Part shown: piece by piece, positions 30,201 to 38,308 of the stretch
Layout of the letters: every line of letters begins with the position of its first letter
Position numbering within the stretch: the stretch's first letter is position 1
Assembly (NCBI GenBank): GCA_029098105.1
Contig: JAQXNR010000033.1
Coordinates: 1-48,468, forward strand
Length of the DNA stretch: 48,468 bases
DNA from: Lachnospiraceae bacterium
GTDB lineage: Bacteria > Bacillota > Clostridia > Lachnospirales > Lachnospiraceae
Reading direction: 5' to 3'
Program-made: the position numbers and the translations under genes
Notes under the pieces: model-generated
What the model was told of the DNA's origin: nothing
Databases searched by the model: none
The model's input: only the letters and a program-made list of their open reading frames with translations

Positions 30201-30394
30201 ATCCGGTTCAATGCATCCTGAGCCTGCGAATAATAGGAACCGTACACGCCTAACATCGTGCACCCACTAGAAGCCGTTTCCACATCCGTCTCCAACACAG
30301 TCATAGCACTGACTGTTTCATAGGAATAGGGTGCCACCAAAGACAAACACAGTAACCCTGCCATAACCCAGGCCAAAAAACGTTTTTTCTTCAT
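27221..30394 (-). CDS. Secreted/surface protein: CAP(SCP)-like domain, Ig-like (Big_2) domains, BspA-type LRR_5 repeats
   Basis: Signal peptide MKKKRFLAW...; INEIRKE...GHYTSMIN...YVGLG (CAP); TSSNPSVATV (Big_2); TIPSTVTTVESGAFSNC and TIGDRAFYGC (LRR_5); S/N/T-rich and acidic linker. Confidence 0.82.
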   Translation of the reverse strand: MKKKRFLAWVMAGLLCLSLVAPYSYETVSAMTVLETDVETASSGCTMLGVYGSYYSQAQDALNRINEIRKEACDAGNVPDPRAPRDSSRMLTSSDYVPIKWSKDLESIARIRAMEGGLAYGFMASGHNRLNGKGTFSVSYNGVSSWAEDLAYNWGTSMVSGINQWYGEKSNWVNQVDGTVTGHYTSMINPNYTYVGLGDFYTEEATYPNTLAGEFSTSSQNLDQTMQDAQTDVMQKIEVLDSYIVGYSLTGTDTIYTGNTTALTAKANLENGSKTHQLWVLDSLTYTSSNPSVATVTNDGVVTGLKNGTTTITAKSGETDLASVVITVKCNHPKELKSEISPTCTTTGLKVYSCDICGESIEQVVPKTEHDYIYGEADEEGYRTGICSGCGDTIQIIPPTTFKLWWRNSTSDSMYYYSYFPVSNPLDSIIYCWIDDVDGDSGYRDMVITSTDESVISVPETVVANSSQNNLQVIAPGITTLTIYPKYNPGLKRTVTARIGDSGSVDITPADVTLSQTSYVYDGNACTPDVSLSYHDTVLVQGKDYTVTYENNKEAGTATAVITGAGIFQGTIRKDFSITTVPITIDDLTYTILTSSGNSGTVSVSAQEGTVLTGEVNIPSTIEINGKTYTVTTVEEDAFAGQDEITVITIPSTVTTVESGAFSNCNSLESVTFSGTTAPVVAEDTFENIDTSALVVIVPENATGYETLTENFGVTLQSEHVHSMTHYKAVAASCEQAGNTEYYVCQECNHSYRDEFGKNEITLEDTVIDATGHSWDTSYTVDVPATGTTDGLKSIHCSRCSAIKDQTVIPATGNTSNSGDSSTGTNTSDATGNTSNAGNSPTGTAGNNSNNSSVNDSSGAVTDTDDLEEEDTEDEDDSDSSDESYPKVGERFSVKGITYKVVKSNPEDDEFTVSCIAVTSKNISKCNIPNYVSKDDFDFEVVSIGKKAFASCKKLKSVSLGDFVTTIGDRAFYGCISLKKITIPGKTKKIGVQAFSKCKMLSLVNIKSTLLTKKSVGKQAFSGINQKAVVKVPSKKKVIYRKWLKQRGVNGKKQQIK

Positions 30395-30574
30395 TTCCTT
30401 TTCTCCTTCCACACGTGTATTTTTAGGTTATTTGAATTCTAAATAATATGTTTCACAATTGCCTATTATATTTTAAAATAACGCAAAAAAGTAACCATCT
30501 TTTACCTTATATTACCATAAAAAACAGTTACTTTCTACCATCAAGTATGCACTTTTAAAATTCGAAAATTTGCG

Positions 30575-31339
30575 TTACCATCCTAAATCCAGAAGCCAGT
30601 TATGAAGGGCACGTTCCCGCTCTTTCTCCAGCACATCTGTATTTTGGGAATTGTCATATTCTCCTTTAATGTTTCCATCTACAATATAGAGGACACGGGA
30701 ACATTTCGCTGCCACCTTGGCGTCGTGGGTTACCATCACAATCGCAGTCCCCTCTTTATTTAACTTCACTAATTCCTCCATCACTTCATTGGAGGCATTT
30801 CGATTCAGAGCTCCGGTGGGTTCATCGGCAAACAGGATTTGGGGCTTGTTAATCATACTTCTGCATATACATGCCCGTTGCAACTGACCTCCGGATACCT
30901 CGTTGATGTCATTGTCTGCCACTTCTATAATACCCAGTTTACGCATCAATTCTTCCCCACGTTTTACTTTCTCTTTTTTTGTTTCCTTCGTTTTCTTACT
31001 CTGCACTGCCGGCAACACAATGTTGTCCAGAATTGTAAGATTCTTCATCATATACATTTGCTGAAAAATAAATCCCATTTCGTCCAGCCGAAGAGCTGCG
31101 AGTTGGTTTCCGCTCAACTTCGTAATATCTTTTCCTTGAAATAGAATCTTTCCGCTTGTGGCATTATCCATTCCGGATATGGCGTAAAGCAACGTGGATT
31201 TACCAGAACCAGAGGGTCCCATAATTGCCACCATTTCTCCCTCTGCCACGCTAAAATTCACATTTTTTAGTACATTATTTTGTCTCTTTTCAACCACATA
31301 GGTTTTACATAAATCTGTCACTTCTAATAAATTTGCCAT
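30575..31339 (-). CDS. ABC transporter ATP-binding protein
   Basis: GPSGSGKST, VSGGQLQR and FADEPT motifs; ATG 31339 follows GGAGG. Confidence 0.95.
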   Translation of the reverse strand: MANLLEVTDLCKTYVVEKRQNNVLKNVNFSVAEGEMVAIMGPSGSGKSTLLYAISGMDNATSGKILFQGKDITKLSGNQLAALRLDEMGFIFQQMYMMKNLTILDNIVLPAVQSKKTKETKKEKVKRGEELMRKLGIIEVADNDINEVSGGQLQRACICRSMINKPQILFADEPTGALNRNASNEVMEELVKLNKEGTAIVMVTHDAKVAAKCSRVLYIVDGNIKGEYDNSQNTDVLEKERERALHNWLLDLGW

Positions 31340-31363
31340 TGCTGTTTCCTCCCATTTCAAAAT

Positions 31364-33730
31364 TTATTCAATATTTGCCGTATCGCTACTCTTAATCGTC
31401 TTTGTATAAAGAGCAGTAAACCACGCAATCAAAACCGTCACTCCAAATATAATACCCGGATAAATCATAAATACCTGCAAGGGATCTATGTTATATACAA
31501 TGTCCCGCGCTCCCATCATTCCAAAAATAGGCGAAATACAAAGTTTTGTCATAGGGACAGACAGTATCGCCGCCAACACAACCGAAAACAGAGACACCAG
31601 ACCAAAACGGAATGTATGCCACCGAATAATCGCAGAATCCTTGAAACCAATCGCTTTCAAAATAGCAATCTGACTATTTTCATCTGCAATAAATGACCGC
31701 TCCATAAGAATGGTAACCAACAATACCACAATCAAAGTAATTGCCAGAAGCAAGTATTGTACTGCCTCCATCGTGTCCACAACCCCGACACAATCCATAC
31801 AATATTCGGTTGCATTCATAACCGCATCGTTGTCATACAATTTCTTAATCCTGTCTTTTCGCTCCTCAATCTCCTCTTCGGACGGGTCATCCGTAAAATT
31901 AATCTGGTACTGCATAATGCTGGAAACATATTGCAAATCGGTAGGGGCATCCTCGTGGAATCGTATAATTTCACCCAACTGGTTCATGCTCTCAAAATAT
32001 GCAGTCACCACACAATCCTGTTTCTCATTTCCAAAATCAATCGTTACCGTATCCCCAATCTTTGCCCCTGTCATTTCCGAAATCTGCGGCGTTATGGCGA
32101 TTTCATTTTTATTTTGTGGAATCAATCCTTCCTTGTACTTGTAATCTGCTGCCTTTGTTCCCATTCCCTGCTGGCAGGACAGTACATAGTCCTCTCCTTC
32201 AAAAGAAACCGTATACTTATATTGAATCTCCACACAGAAAGATGCCGGCATTCCCTGTTTTGTCAGTTCTTCTCCCTTTTGCTCCAAATATTCTTTAAAC
32301 TCGGACTTGCTCCCTGTATTCATATAACTCATGACATCCCCCACATCCGTCACATAGAGGTCGCTTTTGGTTCCAAAGGTATCTATCAGGTTGTCGCTTT
32401 TCATAGTCGCTGTAGTATTTACAAGTATCAATACAAACAGTGTACAAATACAAAACGGAATCATAATTGTAATAAACCGTCTCGGACTGCTGATTACGTC
32501 GTTCACTGCCAAATAGGACGTTGCACCAATATGACTCTTTCCAATTCGGTAGATGGTCTTTTTCTTGTAACGTTCTCCCGTCTGCCCGGAGCGAATCGCG
32601 TCTACCGGAGAAGACTTTTTTACTTTTCCGGTACAGTGGTAGGCAAAGAGAAAAATTGCAAAGACAACCAGCAATGCACCAAAGAAATTTGCCAGTATTC
32701 CCATGCTATTTCCTAATACCATATTTTCACTGACGGACTTTAACAGCATGTTTCCAAAAGGAATACTCGCAAAGAACCCGGCAATCGCCCCAATCAGGGC
32801 AAGCATCAAATACTTTCCAATGTAAAGGCTTCGAATCTTTCGATTGGTAATTCCTACCGCTTTCATAACACCAATCTCCCGGAATTCCTCTGCAATGGTG
32901 AAATGAATGGAAAATTTTAAAACCACAAAAGAGACAATAATCAGACATATACTTAATATGAGCGTAATAAAGGCTACAATCATATCCATAATGTAACACA
33001 TTTTGATGGTATCTCTGGTGCCGTCAAAAGCTACATTTGAAATATCCGTAATGGCGGATGACATGGATTTTACATCATCTGTCTCAATATAAGCAATCTC
33101 CCCCTGGTAATGAAGGGCAACGTCTTCGTCGGACAGAAGACGTTGCATATCCTGATCGTTTAACAGAATTCTTGTATTGCCCATAAAATCTGAACCAAGC
33201 AACGCATCCTTTGCCTTTCCATCCAGAATCAGCGACATGGTGACACTGCCATGGGCAACCTCTATCACATCTCCCACGTTCAAGTGATTACTTTCCATAA
33301 AACTTCCGGATACATAGGCATGACCCTTTTTCACCGTAGAAATCTTTTCATTAGAACAGTCAAAAAATGAAAGTTTGGAATCATGAAGGGACTGAAATAT
33401 CAGCGTATTTTTTGTTTTCAGTTCCTTACCATTCCAGTCAGAAACATTACTCTGGGAAGCAAAAACCACGTTTTCAATCTTGTAATCCTGAACCTTTGGC
33501 TCCCGGGAAAGGACTTCCTCCATACCTCCCACCACATCGTCTCCCATCGTAATAATGATGTAATCGCCAATCCCAGCCTGATCAAGGTAATAATCCGTTC
33601 CGTTCATAACTGTGATTACATTATTCAGACCACTCGCCACAAACATTGTTGCCAAAATAATAAACAACAGTAAGATGGTATTCATGGTCTTTTTTCTTTT
33701 TAAATCTTTTTTTAAGATTCGAACAAACAT
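31364..33730 (-). CDS. FtsX-like ABC transporter permease (antimicrobial peptide export type)
   Basis: EFREIGVMKAVG and QIAILKAIG motifs, two modules; RBS AAGGAG. Confidence 0.92.
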   Translation of the reverse strand: MFVRILKKDLKRKKTMNTILLLFIILATMFVASGLNNVITVMNGTDYYLDQAGIGDYIIITMGDDVVGGMEEVLSREPKVQDYKIENVVFASQSNVSDWNGKELKTKNTLIFQSLHDSKLSFFDCSNEKISTVKKGHAYVSGSFMESNHLNVGDVIEVAHGSVTMSLILDGKAKDALLGSDFMGNTRILLNDQDMQRLLSDEDVALHYQGEIAYIETDDVKSMSSAITDISNVAFDGTRDTIKMCYIMDMIVAFITLILSICLIIVSFVVLKFSIHFTIAEEFREIGVMKAVGITNRKIRSLYIGKYLMLALIGAIAGFFASIPFGNMLLKSVSENMVLGNSMGILANFFGALLVVFAIFLFAYHCTGKVKKSSPVDAIRSGQTGERYKKKTIYRIGKSHIGATSYLAVNDVISSPRRFITIMIPFCICTLFVLILVNTTATMKSDNLIDTFGTKSDLYVTDVGDVMSYMNTGSKSEFKEYLEQKGEELTKQGMPASFCVEIQYKYTVSFEGEDYVLSCQQGMGTKAADYKYKEGLIPQNKNEIAITPQISEMTGAKIGDTVTIDFGNEKQDCVVTAYFESMNQLGEIIRFHEDAPTDLQYVSSIMQYQINFTDDPSEEEIEERKDRIKKLYDNDAVMNATEYCMDCVGVVDTMEAVQYLLLAITLIVVLLVTILMERSFIADENSQIAILKAIGFKDSAIIRWHTFRFGLVSLFSVVLAAILSVPMTKLCISPIFGMMGARDIVYNIDPLQVFMIYPGIIFGVTVLIAWFTALYTKTIKSSDTANIE

Positions 33731-33760
33731 TGCAACTCTCCTTTCTATAATTTCTGAAAA

Positions 33761-33912
33761 TGGGCGTTTGCGAAACTTGATGGTTTAACATAATAAATAC
33801 AGTTTATATATAAATGAGCGCCTTTGTACCGACCGCAGGGAGGACAACGAAGCGAATGTTATATAAATTGTATTTATTATGTTAGAAATTTCTTGTTTCG
33901 CAATTGCCTAAC
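33761..33912. mobile_element. MITE/REP-like palindromic insertion with a 9-bp flanking direct repeat
   Basis: Nested inverted repeats TTGCGAAAC/GTTTCGCAA and a 24/25-bp IR (33786-33810 vs 33860-33884). TTCTGAAAA is duplicated at 33752-33760 and 33913-33921. Confidence 0.7.
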
Positions 33913-33923
33913 TTCTGAAAAGA

Positions 33924-33956
33924 GTATACGAAAGAGATTATTAAATAATCATTAAA
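33924..33956 (-). promoter_or_regulatory. Promoter with OmpR-type direct repeat for the ABC operon
   Basis: Minus strand TTTAAT-GATTA-TTTAAT (11-bp period) at the -35 position, followed by TATACT (33929-33924); a two-component system lies directly upstream. Confidence 0.6.
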
Positions 33957-34009
33957 TCAAAAATAAAAAAGTTTCCAAAATGCCAGCCATTTGCCAGCAC
34001 TTTGAAAAC

Positions 34010-35230
34010 CTAAGCCTTTCGAATTACCACTACCATCTGGAACCGGTCATCCTTCTTTTGGGCAAATATTTCACCATCCATTTTTCTCATGAGATTTTTA
34101 CATATGTAAAGTCCCAATCCACTTCCCTGACTCCCCTTGCTATTGCTTCCCCGGTAAAAGGAATCAAACAAATGGGGCAACTCCTCTTCTTTGACATGAC
34201 TTCCCGTATTCTCTACATAAATTAGTTTACAGTCTTCCTCATCTTCGGCAAACATCCGAATCAGAATTCCATCTCCATATTTAATCGCATTCTCTATTAC
34301 GTTCTGCAATACTTCAACAACACGATCCCGGTCCCCTTTTAACAGGCAGTCCTGCATTTCCTCCACCTGAAAATTCGTATGGATTACCGCAAGTTTCTCT
34401 TTATAATAACGTTGTATGGACTGCATTACTTCTGACAGGTAAAACTCTCCTGAATTCACTTCCAAATGTAAAAAGTCTTCTCTGGAAGCGGCTACAATTT
34501 CATTTACATACTGCCCAATCTCTTTTGCATTTTTCGTTATACCCTGGAGGGCTTCCTGCCTCTTCTCCCGGGTATCATAAAGATTCTCCTGCAACGCTTT
34601 GGAATACAGTTCAATGGCAGAAAGGGGCGTCTTAATGTCATGGGACAGGGAAAGAATCAACGTTTTCTTTTCTTTTTGAAACTCCAGTTCCTTTTGCTTA
34701 TTCTGTTCCAGATTCTCCCTCAGCATGTCCATGCCCCAAAGAAAGCGTCCAAAGAATTTACTTTTTTCTTCTTTGATGGGCACTGAGAGATTCCCCTTTG
34801 CAAGTTCAAAGGACAGTTCACTTATATTGTAAAATGGTTTTAATATTTTTTCCCACACAAAAAGCATGGCAAATATGGTTAACACAAACAGGAGAAAAAT
34901 TGACATGTTCATACAGAGTAAACCATAGTCTTTCTCTGCAGTTCGGTATGCAATCCGGTAAAGTGTCCCATCCACCTCTTCTACCATATAATCATAATTG
35001 CATTTTTCCTCCGGGTGAAACTCACTGATACTCACGATTGCAGGATACTTGGACAAATCCATGTCCTCTATGGTTTTGTCCTGTAATTCCTCCGCTGCCC
35101 GTTTCCCTTCTACTCTGTAAATCCTGCCTGTGTCACCTTGCTTTTGGACAATATAAATCCCATTGCAAAGAAGAAAAATGAGTATTTCAAGCCCTACAAC
35201 CAGAAAGGCAAATTTTCGGTATCTATTCAA
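34010..35230 (-). CDS. HAMP-domain sensor histidine kinase
   Basis: SHDIKTPL, NVIENAIKY and GSGLGL motifs. Confidence 0.95.
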   Translation of the reverse strand: MNRYRKFAFLVVGLEILIFLLCNGIYIVQKQGDTGRIYRVEGKRAAEELQDKTIEDMDLSKYPAIVSISEFHPEEKCNYDYMVEEVDGTLYRIAYRTAEKDYGLLCMNMSIFLLFVLTIFAMLFVWEKILKPFYNISELSFELAKGNLSVPIKEEKSKFFGRFLWGMDMLRENLEQNKQKELEFQKEKKTLILSLSHDIKTPLSAIELYSKALQENLYDTREKRQEALQGITKNAKEIGQYVNEIVAASREDFLHLEVNSGEFYLSEVMQSIQRYYKEKLAVIHTNFQVEEMQDCLLKGDRDRVVEVLQNVIENAIKYGDGILIRMFAEDEEDCKLIYVENTGSHVKEEELPHLFDSFYRGSNSKGSQGSGLGLYICKNLMRKMDGEIFAQKKDDRFQMVVVIRKA

Positions 35231-35885
35231 ATCGGTATCCCACTCCCCACTCTGTAATAATTCGCCGGGGTTTTTTCGGGTCCTCTTCCACTTTTTCCCG
35301 CAGCCACTTAATATGAACGGTTAATGTCTGCATTTCCGACTCGCTGTCACTGCCCCAGATTGTGTTAAATAAATATTCCTTTTTCAACGTAACATTCTTG
35401 TTCTCAATCAATAGCCTCAGAATTTCAAATTCCTTCTCTGTTACCGACACCGGACGATTGTCCACAAAAAGGCTGTGGGTTGCCCGGTTCAGTTTCAGGT
35501 TTCCTTCTATGATTTCATCCACTGCATATTTACGTTTGAAAATTCCTTTAATCTTCGCAAGCAGAATATCAATATCGTATGGCTTTTCTATGTAATCATC
35601 TGCTCCCAGATTTAATCCCTTCAACTTGTCCTCTTTTTCTGTTCTGGCACTGGCGATTAAAATGTGGGTATTGGATTGTTCCCGGATTTTGGAACAGATG
35701 GCAAAACCATCCACACCAGGAAGCATAATGTCCAACACAATAAGTTTGGCACCGTAAGTTTCATACAGTTCCAACGCTTTTTCACCGGTCTGTGCCAGAC
35801 TTACCACATAGTTTTCCTTTCGAAGGAAATCGCACAGCAGCGTACCTATTTCTTTGTTATCTTCCACAATCAGTATATCCAGCAT
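35223..35885 (-). CDS. OmpR/PhoB family response regulator
   Basis: ILIVED, LDIMLP, GADDYIEKP and WGVGYRF motifs; ATG 35885 follows AAGGA. Confidence 0.95.
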   Translation of the reverse strand: MLDILIVEDNKEIGTLLCDFLRKENYVVSLAQTGEKALELYETYGAKLIVLDIMLPGVDGFAICSKIREQSNTHILIASARTEKEDKLKGLNLGADDYIEKPYDIDILLAKIKGIFKRKYAVDEIIEGNLKLNRATHSLFVDNRPVSVTEKEFEILRLLIENKNVTLKKEYLFNTIWGSDSESEMQTLTVHIKWLREKVEEDPKKPRRIITEWGVGYRFE

Positions 35886-36017
35886 CCGTTCTAATTCCTT
35901 TTCAACATTTTCCAAATATTTCTCAACTCCATGTAGGAGCAATTTCTTTGAATTCATTATATCTGAAATCTCACATTCTTGCAATTAAATACGCGGAAAA
36001 CGGTTGCAGAATTTATC

Positions 36018-36167
36018 TTAACTTCGAACCTCTAACAGTTTATTTTTCAGTTCATTCCCAATCCGGCTCAGTTCTATCTCCGCAGCCTGTCGCTTTGCAC
36101 TCCCTTCTTTCTGAATCTGAATCGTTTCCTCAATGGTACTAATTAAATTCTGGTTCACCTTCTGCAG
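36018..36167 (-). pseudogene. telA: 3' remnant of a toxic anion resistance protein (TelA/YaaN family)
   Basis: Manual translation [49 protein letters not shown] matches the TelA C-terminal helix pattern as I recall it. There is an in-frame stop just upstream and no RBS-supported start. Confidence 0.75.
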
Positions 36168-36762
36168 CGGCAAAATTTATATTAAGGGAGAATTGTTTCT
36201 CCACCGGGAACATAACAAGACCGTAGAAAGAGTATCAAAAGAAAAGCAAAAACAACTTCTTTTAAATATGGGTATGTGCTTTCAACGGTTTAATCTTTTT
36301 CCCCATAAAACAGCCCTTCAAAATGTCATGATTGGGCCGGTAGAAGTTCAAAATGTAAATAAGGAAACTGCCCGCAAGGAGGCAATGGAACTTTTGAAAA
36401 GAGTGGGTCTGGAAGAAAAAGCAGACGAATATCCAAACCGACTTTCCGGCGGTCAACAACAGCGGGTTGCCATCGCAAGAGCATTGGCTATGAAGCCGGA
36501 AATTATGCTGTTCGACGAGCCCACATCAGCATTGGACCCGGAATTGGTAGGAGACGTGCTTCAGGTAATGAAAAATCTGGCAAAAGAAGGAATGACCATG
36601 CTTTGTGTCACCCATGAAATGGGGTTTGCCAAAGAAGTTGCCGACCGGGTTATTTTCATGGCAGATGGTATCATTGCCGAGGAGGGAACACCGGAAGATA
36701 TTTTTAATCATCCTAAAAATGAAAGAACACAGAACTTTTTAAAATCCATTTTAAATGCTTAG
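36166..36762 (+). pseudogene. 5'-truncated polar amino-acid ABC transporter ATPase (GlnQ-like)
   Basis: [29 protein letters not shown] and THEMGFA are present, but the N-terminus including Walker A is missing; homology begins at SGKIYIKG. Confidence 0.85.
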
Positions 36763-36766
36763 TGCT

Positions 36767-37726
36767 CTACACAGATTCCGATTTCTTTTTTCTATTTCTC
36801 CACCGGAGTGATTTGACAGGAATCTGTGCAAGAACAATCGCAACAAAAATCAAAACACATCCCATCATTTCCCTTCTGGAGAGAGCCTCATTTAGAATCA
36901 ACCATCCTGCCAGTACAGAGAAAACAGATTCCAGGCTCATGAGCAGAGAGGCAATGGTGGGATTTACTCCGTTTTGACCAATAATCTGCAATGTATAGGC
37001 AACTCCACAGGACATTATACCGGCATAAAGAACAGGAATCCAGACATCCCATGTGGTAAACAGGGACAAGGATTGCCGAATCCCCTCCAGCGAATGCTTC
37101 ATATCAAACCAGAACGCAGGAATCCCAGTCAGAATCCCACAAACAAAAAACTGAATGCATGACATTCGAACCCCATCTACCAATGGAGAAAAATAATCAA
37201 TAACTAGAATATGTACAGCAAATCCCAATGCGCACAACAGCAGAAGTCCATCGCTAAACTGGATGGAAAATGACCCTTTCATACAGAGCAGACTCAAGCC
37301 CACCAGAGCAAGCAGTACACCACCCCATATATTCCAATCTATTCTTTTTTTCAGAAAAAGTCCCAGAATCGGTACTAACAAAATATAGCATGCCGTCAAA
37401 AACCCGGCTTTTCCAGAAGATGTTCCAAAATACAAACCAAGTTGCTGCACATTACTGGCAATACACAGCGCAATGCCACAGCAGACACCACCCTTCCATA
37501 GTCTCCTGTGATCCTCTTTTGAAATTGGTTTTTTGGAAGTCAGATGCAGACGGTCCAGCAAAAAAATAACCGGAACCAGAACGATTGCACCAATAAGGGA
37601 ACGAATACAGTTAAAAACATATGGCCCGAGCATGTCGCCTCCGGCGCTCTGAGCCACAAAAGCGATTCCCCATATCAATGCAGTGATTACTAATAAAAAA
37701 GAATTACGGATTGTATTTTTCTTCAT
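36767..37726 (-). CDS. DMT (EamA) family transporter
   Basis: LITALIWGIAFVAQ...LQIIGQ...LESVFS, about 10 TM helices. Confidence 0.93.
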   Translation of the reverse strand: MKKNTIRNSFLLVITALIWGIAFVAQSAGGDMLGPYVFNCIRSLIGAIVLVPVIFLLDRLHLTSKKPISKEDHRRLWKGGVCCGIALCIASNVQQLGLYFGTSSGKAGFLTACYILLVPILGLFLKKRIDWNIWGGVLLALVGLSLLCMKGSFSIQFSDGLLLLCALGFAVHILVIDYFSPLVDGVRMSCIQFFVCGILTGIPAFWFDMKHSLEGIRQSLSLFTTWDVWIPVLYAGIMSCGVAYTLQIIGQNGVNPTIASLLMSLESVFSVLAGWLILNEALSRREMMGCVLIFVAIVLAQIPVKSLRWRNRKKKSESV

Positions 37727-37849
37727 GTCATTTCTCCCAAGCACGCGATTCATCCTATGTTTCCATTATATATAATATATTATATCCTTGCAAGCAAATT
37801 CACACAGGAATTTCTAGCAAACTATAGAATTACAATTGCATCCTTTCTT

Positions 37850-38029
37850 CTACTTATTTATGAATTCATCTGTTATACTCCGTATTTTATCCACGTTATT
37901 TAAGTAGATAAAATGTGTTCCATCCAAAATCGTATATTGCTCTGTAGCACCAACACGTTGTAAATGCTCTTGCTGATATACTTCCGGCGATAATTTTGTT
38001 GTGGTCAAGTACTTTTGTAATATTTGTGG
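37850..38029 (-). pseudogene. C-terminal remnant of an alpha/beta hydrolase
   Basis: Manual translation ...KLSPEVYQQEHLQRVGATEQYTILDGTHFIYLNNVDKIRSITDEFINK* resembles the catalytic-His loop and final helix; no RBS-supported start. Confidence 0.55.
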
Positions 38030-38156
38030 CTAAATAATTTCTAGTGTATGTAAAGTGGTTGTCGTTTTATTATAAAATTAACACTGTAATATTTTAATTA
38101 ACAATATGCACTAACTCTACATCAATCTAGACTTCTATTCATAAATGCTAATTATC

Positions 38157-38233
38157 TCATAAGGATTCTCCCCCAACTTGGAGCAGAATCCTTATGATGC
38201 ACAAAACCCACGAGTTTTCACTCGTGGATTTTG
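38157..38233 (-). terminator. Two tandem hairpins downstream of jetC; the 38202-38233 hairpin is the probable operon terminator
   Basis: TCATAAGGATTCT/AGAATCCTTATGA (13-bp arms, 38157-38197) and minus-strand CAAAATCCACGAGT-GAAA-ACTCGTGGGTTTTG. Confidence 0.7.
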
Positions 38234-38308
38234 CTTTGATGTTCATTGAACACATTGTTGTGTTTTTTAGCTTGATTTATAAGGCTTTCCGCTGTTTTTA
38301 AATCGCTG

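Noticed and set aside
31757-32716. Long antisense ORFs (this one, 10882-11742, 18765-19481, 19199-19903, 28076-28780 and others)
   Set aside because: They are shadows of well-supported genes on the opposite strand and have no recognisable motifs.
36133-36762. Functional 209-aa GlnQ as listed in the track
   Set aside because: It has no Walker A, and its first 11 codons are antisense telA sequence.
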